DNA of 64,000 bases from an uncultured Gemmatimonadales bacterium. GTDB taxonomy: Bacteria; Gemmatimonadota; Gemmatimonadetes; Gemmatimonadales; GWC2-71-9. The DNA is taken from assembly GCA_963748815.1 (NCBI GenBank), contig CAVVKJ010000005.1, forward strand, positions 128,001-192,000, written 5' to 3'. The notes beneath the pieces were generated by a model, which saw nothing but the letters and a program-made list of their open reading frames with translations, was not told where the DNA came from and did not search any database. Positions 41,420 to 51,673 of this stretch are shown in pieces (positions within the stretch are counted from its first letter, which is position 1; the number at the start of each line of letters is the position of its first letter). A program made the position numbers and the translations under genes.

Positions 41420-41812
41420 CTACTTCCCTCTCTTCTTTACCGGCGCCTTCTTCCTGGCAGGCGCTTTCCGCTTCGCGGCCTTCTTCACCGCTTTCTTCTT
41501 CGCGGGCGCCTTCTTCCTGGCGGCCTTCTTCGCCGCCTTCTTCTTTGCCGGTGCCTTCTTCTTGGCGGCCTTCTTCACCGTGTTCTTCTTCACCGTCTTC
41601 TTCTTTGCCGGTGCCTTCTTCTTGGCGGGCGCCTTCTTCTTTGCCGGCTTCTTGGCGGCCTTCTTCTTCGCCGCGGCGGGCTTTCTCGCCGGCGGTGCAG
41701 GAGGCGCCGGCGGTGGCGGTGGGGGTGGCGGAGGAGTCGGCACCTTTTGGGGTGACATCGGCATGGGGTCCATCCATCCCGCCCCGGACCAGCCCATCTC
41801 CAGATCGCTCAT
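41420..41812 (-). CDS. Lys/Ala-rich histone H1-like protein
   Basis: Poly-Pro linker followed by repeated KKAPAKKK/KKAA motifs; GGAGG upstream. Confidence 0.6.
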   Translation of the reverse strand: MSDLEMGWSGAGWMDPMPMSPQKVPTPPPPPPPPPAPPAPPARKPAAAKKKAAKKPAKKKAPAKKKAPAKKKTVKKNTVKKAAKKKAPAKKKAAKKAARKKAPAKKKAVKKAAKRKAPARKKAPVKKRGK

Positions 41813-42169
41813 CGGGTGTTCCTCCGCCTGCTGGTGCGACGCCCCCCGTCGCCGGACCGCGCAACCTGCGCGGGCGTAATTTCTTCCCTAATTACTCGCA
41901 CTTCCGGAGAGGTTGTGCAAGCACCGGCCGTGCCTGGATCGGTTCCGATGCAGGGCTGAGGGGGTGTGCTGCGCGCCAGGTACCGACAAACGTCACCGTA
42001 AACCATTGTACACCAATCTGTTATGCCGCTTAGACCGAAGAATGCCTGATCGGCCCCTGTCAGGGCCCCCTCGCAATGACAGCAGGGTCGCCTCCATCCC
42101 GAGTCGCTAGTCCTCAATCCTCAGTCCCCAGTCCTTTCTCCCTTCCCTCGCTTCCTTTAGTTTCCCCCC

Positions 42170-44356
42170 GTGATCCGCCCCCGAATCCTGTCCCTGGTGC
42201 TCCTCGTCCTGCCCTCCCTCCTCTGGGCGCAGGCCGCTGTCGAGGTGCAGGTGACGCCCGCGCAGCTGCGGCTGCGAGTCGCGCAGCAGGAGCGGCTCTT
42301 CCTCAGCGCCTACGACGCCGACGGCAATCTCCTCTCCGAGCCGGCGTTCTCCTTCGCCGTCTCGAAGGTCGGGGTGGTGAGCGTGGACAAGGCGGGGACG
42401 GTGGTCGGCGTCGCCCCGGGGACGGCGACGATCGAGGTCCGTGCCGGCACCGGGAAGGCCAACGTGTCCGTCACGGTCACCGGGCCGCCACCGCCGCGGG
42501 AACCCGAACCGGTTCCCGTCCTGCCTGCGGGCGCGCGCCTCGTTCCGAATCCCGATACGCTCTGGCTGCTGCGGCTCGAAACGGCGCGTGTCTCGATGGC
42601 CCTCACCACACCGAGCGGTTCCGGGCTCGGCCAGGTGCAGGTGAGCTGGCGGTCGACGGCACCCGACGTCGTTTCGGTGACGGACGCCGGCGAAGTCAAC
42701 GCGCTCCAGTGGGGCGTGGCGCAGCTGATCGGGACCGGTCCCGGCGGGCTGACGGGTACGGTGAACGTCCTGGTGCGTAACGACTCACTCGCCGTGACCC
42801 CCGATCGAATGGTCCTTCCCGTGACCGGTGCGGATTCGGTGCAGGTCACCGTCCCGGCCCAGGGAGGTCGCCCCGTCACCCAGGGAATCGCCTGGCGGAG
42901 CAGCGACTCGACCGTGTTGCGTGTCAGTCGCGATGGGGTCGCCCTCGGCGCCTCCCCCGGTGAAGCGCACATGCTCATGGTCGGGTTCGGGCAGCAGCGG
43001 GCCGTGCGAGTGACCGTTCACCCGCCTGTGACCCGGCTCCTCCTCGCCCCCGCGCCGAACGTGCCCATCCGGATCGCTCCCGGGGCGACCGCCCCCTTCG
43101 TGCTACAGGCGCTCGCCGCCGATTCCGTCCCCGTCGCCATTGCCGGCTACGACTGGGTGGTGGGCGACACGACCGTCGCCACTTTTGACCCGGTCTCCAG
43201 GCGGCTCACCGGCCGCGGCATCGGCCGCACCACCCTGACCATGACGACCTTCGGCTTCGAGCCAACGGTTTGGGAGGTGGAGGTCTTTGCCGGCGGTCTC
43301 GCGTTCCGACGGGAGCGGGTTCGCCTCCTTCCGGGAATGACCGACTCGTTGGTCGTGTCGGTGCTCGACGCGAACGGGCAGGCCATTGGCCCGCCAAGTG
43401 CCGTCGACTACACCATCGACCGGCCGGAGGTGGCCACGGTCGACTCCGCCGGGTACGTCACGGCGGCGAGCGTCGGCGGCGCGACGATCACCGCGCGCAC
43501 GCCGTGGGGCACCACCGCCACGATCCGCCTCTTCGTGACGGACGACCTCCTGCTGAGCGTGCGCCGCGGCGCCGGCGCCGACCTTGTGCAGGTCGATCCC
43601 GCCGATGCCGGCTCCCTCGTGCCAATGCTCGTCAACGGCGGCCTGAACCAGCAGGCGGCCTGGTCCGCCGACGGGACGCGCATCGCCTTCAGCGGCACCG
43701 TCGACGGCAATGCGGACATCTACGTGATGGACGCCGACGGAAAGAACCTCACCCGCCTGACGACCGCCCCCGAGGCAGACCTGGAACCGGCATGGTCGCC
43801 CGATGGCGGGACGATCGCCTTCACGTCCCTCCGGGGCGGTACGTCGCAGATCTGGGCCATGAACGCTGACGGCACCAGTGCGCGGCAGCTCACCGACGGC
43901 GCCGGCGCAAGTTCGTCGCCCACCTTCCGGCGCGATGGCCGGATGATCGCCTTCATCTCGACCCGCGATGGCAACGCCGATCTCTTTGAAATGGGGAGCG
44001 AGGGCGCCGAGCCGACCGCCATTACGCGGACGCCGGAACCGGAATCGTTCCCGGCGTACTTCCCGAACGGCGATCTGGCCGTCGCCGTGACCCGGCCCGG
44101 TCGCGGGGACATCCTCCGCATCCGCGCCGGCGACGGGCAGCGGATCATGCTGCAGTCGCTGGCCGGCACCATCACCTCGATGGCGCTCGCCCCGGACGGC
44201 GGCACCCTCGCCTATTCGCTGGCCCAGCCCGCCCCGGACCCGAAGACCCCTCCCGTCACCTCGTTCCAGTTCAAGGGTCTCACCCCCGACCTCGCGCCGC
44301 TGGTCCTGCCGATCCCCGGTGATGTCGTCTCGGCCTCCTTCCAGGGTACTCGGTGA
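42170..44356 (+). CDS. Secreted Ig-like (Big_2) repeat protein with TolB/PD40 propeller
   Basis: WRSS..V..V..G.V repeats; AWSPDG.RIAF PD40 repeats. Confidence 0.85.
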   Translation: MIRPRILSLVLLVLPSLLWAQAAVEVQVTPAQLRLRVAQQERLFLSAYDADGNLLSEPAFSFAVSKVGVVSVDKAGTVVGVAPGTATIEVRAGTGKANVSVTVTGPPPPREPEPVPVLPAGARLVPNPDTLWLLRLETARVSMALTTPSGSGLGQVQVSWRSTAPDVVSVTDAGEVNALQWGVAQLIGTGPGGLTGTVNVLVRNDSLAVTPDRMVLPVTGADSVQVTVPAQGGRPVTQGIAWRSSDSTVLRVSRDGVALGASPGEAHMLMVGFGQQRAVRVTVHPPVTRLLLAPAPNVPIRIAPGATAPFVLQALAADSVPVAIAGYDWVVGDTTVATFDPVSRRLTGRGIGRTTLTMTTFGFEPTVWEVEVFAGGLAFRRERVRLLPGMTDSLVVSVLDANGQAIGPPSAVDYTIDRPEVATVDSAGYVTAASVGGATITARTPWGTTATIRLFVTDDLLLSVRRGAGADLVQVDPADAGSLVPMLVNGGLNQQAAWSADGTRIAFSGTVDGNADIYVMDADGKNLTRLTTAPEADLEPAWSPDGGTIAFTSLRGGTSQIWAMNADGTSARQLTDGAGASSSPTFRRDGRMIAFISTRDGNADLFEMGSEGAEPTAITRTPEPESFPAYFPNGDLAVAVTRPGRGDILRIRAGDGQRIMLQSLAGTITSMALAPDGGTLAYSLAQPAPDPKTPPVTSFQFKGLTPDLAPLVLPIPGDVVSASFQGTR

Positions 44357-45390
44357 AGGCCCTCGTCCTGCCGAAGCTGGGCGGATGGGAAGACCTCGTC
44401 GTGGATGACGTCCCGGCGCCGGAGATTCACCACCCGAACCAGGTCCGGGTGCGGGTCCACACCGCCGGCATCAACCATCTCGACCTGTTCATTCTCGGCG
44501 GGCTCCCCGGCATCACCTACACATTCCCGCACATCGTCGGCAGCGATGCCGCCGGGGTGATCGAATCGGTGGGGTCGGCAGTGACGGGCTGGAAGATCGG
44601 TGACCGGGTGATGATGAACCCCGGCATCGGCTGCAATGAGTGCGAACTGTGCGCCGCCGACCAGCAGCCGCTCTGCCGCGACTACCGGCTCCTCGGCGAG
44701 CATGTGCCAGGCACCATCGGGGAGTTCGTCGTGGTCCCGGCGACCAACCTGGCGCGAGTCCCGGATGCCATGCCATGGACGCAGGCCGCCGGTTTTTCGC
44801 TCGTGGCGCTTACCTCCTGGCGGATGATGATGGCCCGCGCGAAGGTGCGGGCCGGCGAGACGGTCCTCATCTGGGGCATCGGCGGCGGGGTGGCGCAGTG
44901 CTGCCTGCAGATTGCCGGGATGCTCGGTGCAACGACGATCGTCACCAGTTCCTCCGACGAAAAGCTGGAGCGGGCCCGCGCGCTGGGCGCCGACCACCTG
45001 CTCAACCACGCTCGTGAGGATGTGCCGAAGGCGGTCCGCGCATTCACCGGCGGGCGCAATGCCGACGTCGTGGTCGACAACGTCGGCGAGGCCACCTGGC
45101 AGAAATCGCTGCGCGCGCTCGGCCGCGGCGGTCGCCTCGTGACGTGTGGCGGCACCACCGGGCCGATGGTCACCACCGACGTGCGGAAGCTCTTCTGGTA
45201 CCAGTGGGACATTCTGGGGAGCACGATGGGCGGCGACCGGGAGTACCAGGAAGTGGCGCGGCACGCCGCCGAGGGGCGGTTCTGGCCGGTGGTGGACTCG
45301 GTGGTTCCGCTGTCGGAGGGGGCGCAGGCCTTCCGGCGCATGGCCGATGGCGCACAGTTCGGCAAACTCGTGATCGAGGTGGCACCGTGA
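44353..45390 (+). CDS. Zinc-binding alcohol dehydrogenase/quinone oxidoreductase family protein
   Basis: NHLD, CNECELC, GIGGGV, GRLVTCG, FGKLV. Confidence 0.9.
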   Translation: MKALVLPKLGGWEDLVVDDVPAPEIHHPNQVRVRVHTAGINHLDLFILGGLPGITYTFPHIVGSDAAGVIESVGSAVTGWKIGDRVMMNPGIGCNECELCAADQQPLCRDYRLLGEHVPGTIGEFVVVPATNLARVPDAMPWTQAAGFSLVALTSWRMMMARAKVRAGETVLIWGIGGGVAQCCLQIAGMLGATTIVTSSSDEKLERARALGADHLLNHAREDVPKAVRAFTGGRNADVVVDNVGEATWQKSLRALGRGGRLVTCGGTTGPMVTTDVRKLFWYQWDILGSTMGGDREYQEVARHAAEGRFWPVVDSVVPLSEGAQAFRRMADGAQFGKLVIEVAP

Positions 45391-46088
45391 ACGAACTCTG
45401 GGACCGGCTCTCCTACGGGATGGAACAGCTCAGCTTCTTCCTGCCCGCCATCATCGGCGCCGGCGTCCTCCTGCTGGCCGGGTACTTCGTGGCACGGCAG
45501 GTGGAGAAGTGGGTGGACCGTACCCTGATGAAGCTCAACTTCAACCGCATGGCCAAGGAGGGCGGACTCGCCGAGGTCATGGAGCGGGCAGAGCCGTCGC
45601 TCGATCCGGTGCACGCCGTCGGCAAGCTCGCCTTCTGGCTCGTGATGCTGGTGGTGATCCTGCTCTCCAGCACGGCGCTCGGGCTCGAGAGCATCAACGA
45701 GATGTTCGGCCTGATGCTCGGCTTCCTGCCGACGCTCATCAGCGCCATCGTCATCGTCATCCTCGGCATCGTGGTCGGCGAATTCCTCCGCGGACTGATC
45801 GTGGCGTCGGCCGGCGGGGTGGAGGGGGTGCCGACGCTCGCCCGGGTGTCGAAGGGCGTCGTGGTGATGATCGCGGTGTTCATGGCGGTGCAGCAGGTGG
45901 GCGTCGCCGAGGACATCGTGACGACGGCGTTCACACTGATCCTTGGGGCGGTCGCGCTCGGTGCCGGTCTGGCGTTCGGCATCGGGAACACGAAGTTGGC
46001 CGGGGAGGTCACCCGCCGCTGGTACGAGGAGGGGCGGCGGCCACGGACGGAGCGGACACGGGCGACGGATCCGAAGCCGGAGGAGTAA
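45387..46088 (+). CDS. Mechanosensitive-channel-associated TM-helix (CmpX-like) protein
   Basis: Two FLPxxI repeats, ALGAGLAFGIG. Confidence 0.75.
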   Translation: MNELWDRLSYGMEQLSFFLPAIIGAGVLLLAGYFVARQVEKWVDRTLMKLNFNRMAKEGGLAEVMERAEPSLDPVHAVGKLAFWLVMLVVILLSSTALGLESINEMFGLMLGFLPTLISAIVIVILGIVVGEFLRGLIVASAGGVEGVPTLARVSKGVVVMIAVFMAVQQVGVAEDIVTTAFTLILGAVALGAGLAFGIGNTKLAGEVTRRWYEEGRRPRTERTRATDPKPEE

Positions 46089-46105
46089 ACGCCGTCTTTC
46101 CGAAC

Positions 46106-46172
46106 CGTCACCCCCGCGAACGCGGGGGTCCAGTGAACAGACATCTGGATTCCCGCTTGCGCGGGAATGACG
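46106..46172. repeat. Inverted doublet of CGTC-tagged family 2 REPs
   Basis: CGTCACCCCCGCGAACGCGGGGGTCCA ... TGGATTCCCGCTTGCGCGGGAATGACG. Confidence 0.8.
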
Positions 46173-46189
46173 AGCTTGGCACCGTCGGT

Positions 46190-46254
46190 CCCGCTGCCCC
46201 GCTGCCCCGCTGCCCCGCTGCCCCGCTGCCCCGCTGCCCCGCTGCCCCGCTGCC
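46190..46254. repeat. Family 6 octamer tandem repeat, (CCCCGCTG) x8
   Basis: Eight direct units ending at the CBS gene stop; shorter runs at about 800-829, 24044-24072, 35000-35031, 55072-55095 and 61555-61580. Confidence 0.9.
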
Positions 46255-46688
46255 TACCTCACATCAAACATGTAGCTGTTGAGGTACTGGATGGTGGCGG
46301 CGTGCTCCGCCACCTGGAAGGCCAGCAGGTCGCCGCTGGTCACGAGCCCCACCAATCCCCGCGCGTCGGTGACCGGCAGGTGCCGGATGCGCTTCTTGCT
46401 CAGGATGGCGCCGCACTCGTCAATGCTGGTTTCGGGCAGGCAGGTGATGACAGGCGAGGTCATCACCTCGCGCACCTTCGTTTCCGCCGGACTCCGCCCC
46501 GCCGCCACCACCCGCCGCAGGATATCTCGTTCCGTGAAGACGCCCAGCAGGGTGCCGTCTTCCAGCACGACGAGCCCGCCGATGGTGTGATGGTTCATCA
46601 CCTGGGCGGCGGCGAGGACGGTGTCGGACGGGGCGATGGAGATGACGTCGCCGCTCTTGCGAGCAAGCAGGTCGCGGACGGTGGGCAT
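46254..46688 (-). CDS. CBS domain protein
   Basis: GVFTERD, VMTSPV, IRHLPV, GLVTSGD. Confidence 0.9.
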   Translation of the reverse strand: MPTVRDLLARKSGDVISIAPSDTVLAAAQVMNHHTIGGLVVLEDGTLLGVFTERDILRRVVAAGRSPAETKVREVMTSPVITCLPETSIDECGAILSKKRIRHLPVTDARGLVGLVTSGDLLAFQVAEHAATIQYLNSYMFDVR

Positions 46689-46764
46689 CGGCGCGCTCCT
46701 GAGGAGGATGCTCCGATATTACGTGTTCGGTGCGGGGACCGCCAGCGCCGGGCCGAAGGCAGGG

Positions 46765-47124
46765 TTAGCGGCGGGACCGACGGATGATGGCGGCCAGGAT
46801 TCCGGCGCCTGCCGCCGCGATGGCGATCGCCACGATGGGCCAGGGTGCGGTGTCGCCCCCGGCGGCACTCCCGGAACCGATGAAGCCGGCCGCAACGCCC
46901 AGCCCGACGATACCCGCGATCAGCGCCGCGGCAACCCGGCGTCTGGACGGCACCGTCGCCGATTCCTGCCCGATGGCGATCGCCGCGGCGGCGCGGAGGT
47001 CTTCCTTGCTGGTGCCGGGGTACTGGGCCTCGAACTTCTCGACCTCAGCCCGCAGGCGCCGGCCGAGATCCTGGGCCCGTGCCGAGGCCGGCGGCGGCGG
47101 TGGGACCATCGGGACGAATACCAT
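46765..47124 (-). CDS. Hypothetical membrane protein
   Basis: Two C-terminal TM helices; starts directly after the upstream stop. Confidence 0.55.
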   Translation of the reverse strand: MVFVPMVPPPPPASARAQDLGRRLRAEVEKFEAQYPGTSKEDLRAAAAIAIGQESATVPSRRRVAAALIAGIVGLGVAAGFIGSGSAAGGDTAPWPIVAIAIAAAGAGILAAIIRRSRR

Positions 47125-47301
47125 CTAGAACTCCCGTTTCTTCATCTCCTTGAAGAGCCGCCGGGTTTCGGAGTCCATCTCCTCCGGCTTCTGCCGCAAG
47201 GTGGAGTCGTACTGCGCCGCGCGCTCGGCCACCGGCGGCTTGATCTTGGCGGCGTTCTTCTGGGCCAGCCGGGCAATCCGCTGGTCGTCTTTCTTGGACA
47301 T
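47125..47301 (-). CDS. 58-aa charged hypothetical protein (below the ORF-track cutoff)
   Basis: MSKKDDQRIARLAQKNAAKIKPPVAERAAQYDSTLRQKPEEMDSETRRLFKEMKKREF*; GGAGG RBS. Confidence 0.6.
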   Translation of the reverse strand: MSKKDDQRIARLAQKNAAKIKPPVAERAAQYDSTLRQKPEEMDSETRRLFKEMKKREF

Positions 47302-47358
47302 CGGGCCTCCGTTCGGGGTGGGTGAAATCTAAGGAAACGCCCGCCAATTTGCTTCCGG

Positions 47359-47386
47359 GTAGGGGTGGGCTCACGCCCACCCCTAG
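47359..47386 (+). repeat. Family 3 single hairpin, GTAG-tagged
   Basis: GTAGGGGTGGGCTCACGCCCACCCCTAG. Confidence 0.7.
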
Positions 47387-47472
47387 CGAGACGAACTCGC
47401 AAATTTGTGCCGGGCGACGGGCCTTTCCCGGCCAATTGGCCCGGTCAGGTTTCTGGTTGGCAAATCCTAGGG

Positions 47473-48568
47473 CTATTCAACGCCCCGGCCTTGCTGCCCC
47501 GCCGCGGGTCGCCGATAGCGCAGGAAGATCATCCCCTCCGGGCGGACCGCCTTGACCAGCACGGCGTCGGGGCTCGAGGCCAGCGCGTAGCCGTAGCCGT
47601 TGAACGAGATCGACTCGACCAGACGCCCCTGCCGGTCGATCACCTGGTAGCGGCGCACGGTGTCAGGGATGACGCGGCTCTTCTCCAGCCAGACGTTGCC
47701 GTCGCCGCCGGTGAAGGCCTCGTCGAAGGGCGGCTTTACGGGGCTGAAGGGGACTTTTTCGGCGGCCGACCGGAGGTCCGGGGGGAACTTCCGCAGGAAG
47801 GCTTCGCGGTCGGAGACGGTGATGGTGAAGACCCGGTCCGGGAGCTTCTGTCCCTTCTGAAGCTCGCCGTCCGGTCCGATCCAGTCGACCCGGTTGGGGT
47901 AGACCCGCGCCACCCAGACGCTCCCGTCGGCCAGGACGCCCCACGCATCCTCCCCGCTGAAGACCCGGCGCTCATACCGGCGGCCGGCGTCGCCATCCAC
48001 TTCGGCCAGGTCCAGCGGAGAGAGCCGGAAGAGGGTGTCGCCCCGCGAGAAGTCGAGCGGGAAGCGGACCACCACGGCCGAGTCCCGCTTGCCGCTCCCG
48101 TCGGGGCCGGGGGGCGGATTGAACTGCACGTACCAGTTGCCCTGTCCATCGCGGGCCCGGGGGAGATTGCCCCGGGTGATCTCCGGGCTCCCGATGGCCG
48201 TGACGTATGTCCCCTCCAGGGTCCACGTCGTCAGCCGGCGGAGCGCCCAGTCGCCCACGTAGAAGCCGTCACCCGCCCGGAAGAGGGAGAAAGGCCCCTC
48301 GAAGAGGGACTTCATTCCCTTGCCAAGATCGACGCCCTGAACCCTCGGCAAAATCGAGGACCACCACCCGCCGATCGGCGGGGGAGAGGACGGCCCACCG
48401 GTCGCCGCCCAGCCATGTGCCGGCCGTGGCCTCGAAGAGCGTCGTAGGTATAGAGTCGGCCTCGGGCCCGAGGGCGATGTCCGGGGCGTCGGCGGCCTTG
48501 GTGCCGCAGGCGGCAGCCAGGAGGAGGGCGCCGAGAAGGGCCGGCCGGGCGAGGGGGAAGGGGCGCAT
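47473..48568 (-). CDS. 6-bladed beta-propeller lipoprotein, frameshifted
   Basis: LAAAC lipobox; EDAWGV..DG.VWVAR and KPPF motifs shared with 49077 gene; shift near 48345. Confidence 0.7.
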
Positions 48569-48668
48569 TCTGGGAATCTATAGAGTCAACCGCCGCTCCG
48601 CCTTCCTGGCCTGCAACCCTTTGCGCCGTGAGGGCATCAAAGGAAGTACATACAGAAAGGAGGCCCCG

Positions 48669-48860
48669 ATGGTCATGCTCGCCACAGATTCCCCGATCCC
48701 CACCTTCCGACTGGTGGATGACAACGGGACCTCCGTTGGTCGCATCGTGCTTCCGGTCGAGGACCGGATCAACGGCTCGGGCGCCGCGACGATCTATCTC
48801 CAGCGGGAGTCGCCAATCCGTCGGCGCCGGGTGACGGATACCCGGCTGGCAGCGCAATAG
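48669..48860 (+). CDS. 63-aa protein resembling one propeller blade
   Basis: AGGAGG RBS; FRLVDDNGTSVGRIVLP...IYLQR resembles the C-terminus of the adjacent propeller. Confidence 0.5.
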   Translation: MVMLATDSPIPTFRLVDDNGTSVGRIVLPVEDRINGSGAATIYLQRESPIRRRRVTDTRLAAQ

Positions 48861-48873
48861 CAGCATCCCCCCC

Positions 48874-48994
48874 GGGGTGGGCGCATGCCCACCCCTGGCG
48901 CAACCAGACGCGACTTCGTTGCATCAGGCTGGACGCCGCTCCCACCCACACGAAATTGCGTTCCTGTCGATAGGGGTGGCCATACGGCCACCCC
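48874..48994 (+). repeat. Family 3 three-hairpin element
   Basis: GGGGTGGGC-N4-GCCCACCCC, internal ACGCGACTTCG/CGAAATTGCGT stem, GGGGTGGCC-N4-GGCCACCCC. Confidence 0.75.
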
Positions 48995-49076
48995 GGCCTT
49001 CAGGCCCCCGGCTCTTGCGACTCCCCCCGCTCCTCGTGCATCCTCCCCTCCAGAACCCACCCAACCCGAGGTCCTT

Positions 49077-50270
49077 GTGTCGCGACGCCCGTCCCTGCGC
49101 CTCATCCTTTTCCTGCTTGCCATCTCCGCCGTCTCTTCAGCCGTCAGCCTGGCTGCCCAGCAGGGCAAGGCCCCGGTCCAGAAGCTGACCAAACCCGACG
49201 CCACCTTCGACGAGCCGTTCACCCAGGTGGCCGGGCTCCGGGAGCTGAAAAACGGCGACGTCATCGTGGCCGACATGCGGGACCGGACCCTGCAGAAGAT
49301 CGACCTGAAGACCGGTGCGGCCACGGCGCTGTCGCGCGAGGGGAGCGGCCCGACCGAGTATCTCTTCCCCACCGGTGTCTACGCGCTGCCCGGTGACAGC
49401 ACCGGCATTTACGACATGGGCAACCAGCGCTACCTCCTGCTGGACCCCACCGGCAAGGCGGTGAGCACCTTCAGGATGGACGAAGGGAACAGCGGTGGCG
49501 GGATGATGATGCTCCGCGCGGCAAGCGGGGCCGATGACAAGGGCCGCCTCTACTACTCCACCCGAGGCGAACAGCGTGGGGGTGGAATGGATGGGGGCCC
49601 CCCGGAGTTTTCCGATTCCGGCCGCGTCGTGCGCTATGACCGGAGCAGCAAGAAGTTCGACACCCTCGGCGTCGTGATGGTGCCGAAGCCACTGGTTGAG
49701 GCGAGCGGGAGTGCCAACAACCGGTCGGTCAGCATCCGTCGGGTACCGATGGCACCGGAGGATGCCTGGGGCGTGGCGCCGGATGGGCGCATCGGGGTGG
49801 CCCGCATCGCCACCGACGAGGTGCAGTGGTGGCTCCCCAATGGCAAGCGTGTGACGGGGCCACCGGTTCCCTTCACACCGATCAAGGTCGTCGAGGCCGA
49901 CAAGCTGGCCTGGCAGGCGCTGCAGGCGCGCAGCGGCATCAATGTCAACAACAACAACGGCCAGATTACCGTCAGCCCGGCGGCGAGCAAGCCGGAGCCA
50001 ATCGACCCGTCGATCCAGTGGCCGGCCACCAAGCCGGCGTTTCCGGCCAACGCGGTCCGCGTCGCCCCGACCGGGGAACTCTGGGAACTCCGCTCCACCC
50101 CCGCGAACGACCCTCTCCCACTCTACTACGTCTTCGATTCCTCCGGCAACCTGATCAAGCAGGTACGGCTCCCGGCCCAGACTCGGCTCGTCGCGTTCGG
50201 AAAGGGCGTGGTGTACCTTGTCCGGCGGGATGCGGATGATCTGGAATATCTCGAGAGGTACAAGCTGTAA
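49077..50270 (+). CDS. 6-bladed beta-propeller secreted protein
   Basis: Signal peptide, SREGSGPTEY, blade repeats. Confidence 0.75.
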   Translation: MSRRPSLRLILFLLAISAVSSAVSLAAQQGKAPVQKLTKPDATFDEPFTQVAGLRELKNGDVIVADMRDRTLQKIDLKTGAATALSREGSGPTEYLFPTGVYALPGDSTGIYDMGNQRYLLLDPTGKAVSTFRMDEGNSGGGMMMLRAASGADDKGRLYYSTRGEQRGGGMDGGPPEFSDSGRVVRYDRSSKKFDTLGVVMVPKPLVEASGSANNRSVSIRRVPMAPEDAWGVAPDGRIGVARIATDEVQWWLPNGKRVTGPPVPFTPIKVVEADKLAWQALQARSGINVNNNNGQITVSPAASKPEPIDPSIQWPATKPAFPANAVRVAPTGELWELRSTPANDPLPLYYVFDSSGNLIKQVRLPAQTRLVAFGKGVVYLVRRDADDLEYLERYKL

Positions 50271-50281
50271 GTCGCGTTGAT

Positions 50282-50396
50282 CGTCACCCCGGCGAAGGCC
50301 GGGGTCCAGTTGTTGTCGTTCTTCACGCCTTTCGCGTTTCCTTTGCGTCTTTGCGGTAAGAGCTTTTGACCGCAAAGACGCAAAGAGACGCCAAGG
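50282..50396. repeat. Family 2 REP (50282-50308) plus family 4 hairpin (50328-50396)
   Basis: Match copies at 9613 and 11599. Confidence 0.8.
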
Positions 50397-50441
50397 GCTC
50401 AACGTGACGCCCTGCTCCCCAATTTCTGAAACGAGACGACG

Positions 50442-51673
50442 ATGCGACAATTGGCGTGGGGACTCGCGTTGTTCGCTTTGGTGGGGTGCGGGGAGAAGGG
50501 CCCCAAGCTGGACGCGCCGGTGGTGACCACGCTCCCGAACGGCGCGGTCGAGGTCAGGAACAGCGGGCCGAGCGGGTGGGCGGACACCAGTGGCTGGAGG
50601 CTGGTCGAGCTTTACCGGGTCGGTGGTGTGGACGCCGAGGGGCTCGGGGCGGAGGAACTGGTCGATCCGCAGAGCGTGGCGATCGATGCCAGGGGCGGGA
50701 TCTATGTAGCCGACGAGAAGCCCGCGGTCATCAAGCAGTTCGGCCCCGATGGCGGTTACATCCGGAGTTTCGGGCGGGAAGGGGGCGGGCCCGGCGAGTT
50801 CCAGGTGGCGTTCATCGCCGCGGCGCCGGGGGCGCTCGCGCTGCACGATCCCCGGTCGAGCCGGACGAGCGTGTTCGATTCGGCCGGCAATTTTCTCAAG
50901 AGCTGGCCGTCGAGCTGCTGCTACTGGTCGAACATCATGGTCAGCCGCGACACCCTGATCTACGTGCCGACCTCGGTGCGGTCGGAAGGGCCGAGCGAGC
51001 CGAATGACAACTATTACATCCGCTACCGGCTGGACGGGACGCTGGTCGACACGCTGAAGATCGCGGGGCCCGCTCGTGCCGATGAAGACAAGTACTGGAC
51101 GGTTTCCGGGGGGGAGGGGCGAACAAGATGATGTTCATGACGTCCATCCCCTTCGCGCCGGAGGTGCGGACTCCGCTCGATCCTGCGGGCGGCGCCATCG
51201 TCGCCTGGACGGGGGAGTACCGATTCTGGGCGACCTCGAACGGCCGAGACACGACCCAGGTTGTTTCGCTCGCAGCGACGCAGTCGACCCTGAGTGAGGA
51301 TCGTCGTCTGCATATCCGCGACTCGATGGTCGGCCTGTACGCAAAGCAATTCGACAAGAAGGCGGTCGAGGAGGCGTTCAAGGTCTCCGACATCCCGACG
51401 GTGGCGCCATATTTCCGTTCGCTCCAGGTCGACGGTCGCCGCAACCGGTGGGTGCTTCCGGACGACGGCGGAAATCACGCCAACGCGCGCTTTGAGGTGT
51501 TCGACTCGACCGGGGCCTATCTGGGCGCGGTGCCGCTGCCGGAGACGTTCGGCACGTTCTGGCAGACGGTGTGGGGAGTCGATCGCGTGGCGACGATCGC
51601 GGAAGATGCGGATGGGTTGCCGGTGGTGGTGGTGTATGGGATTGAGAAGCGAGGACAGAGGACAGAGGACTGA
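50442..51673 (+). CDS. 6-bladed beta-propeller lipoprotein, frameshifted
   Basis: LVGC lipobox, FGREGGGPGEF, VFDSTG.YLG.V.LP; shift in the G-run near 51115. Confidence 0.8.
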
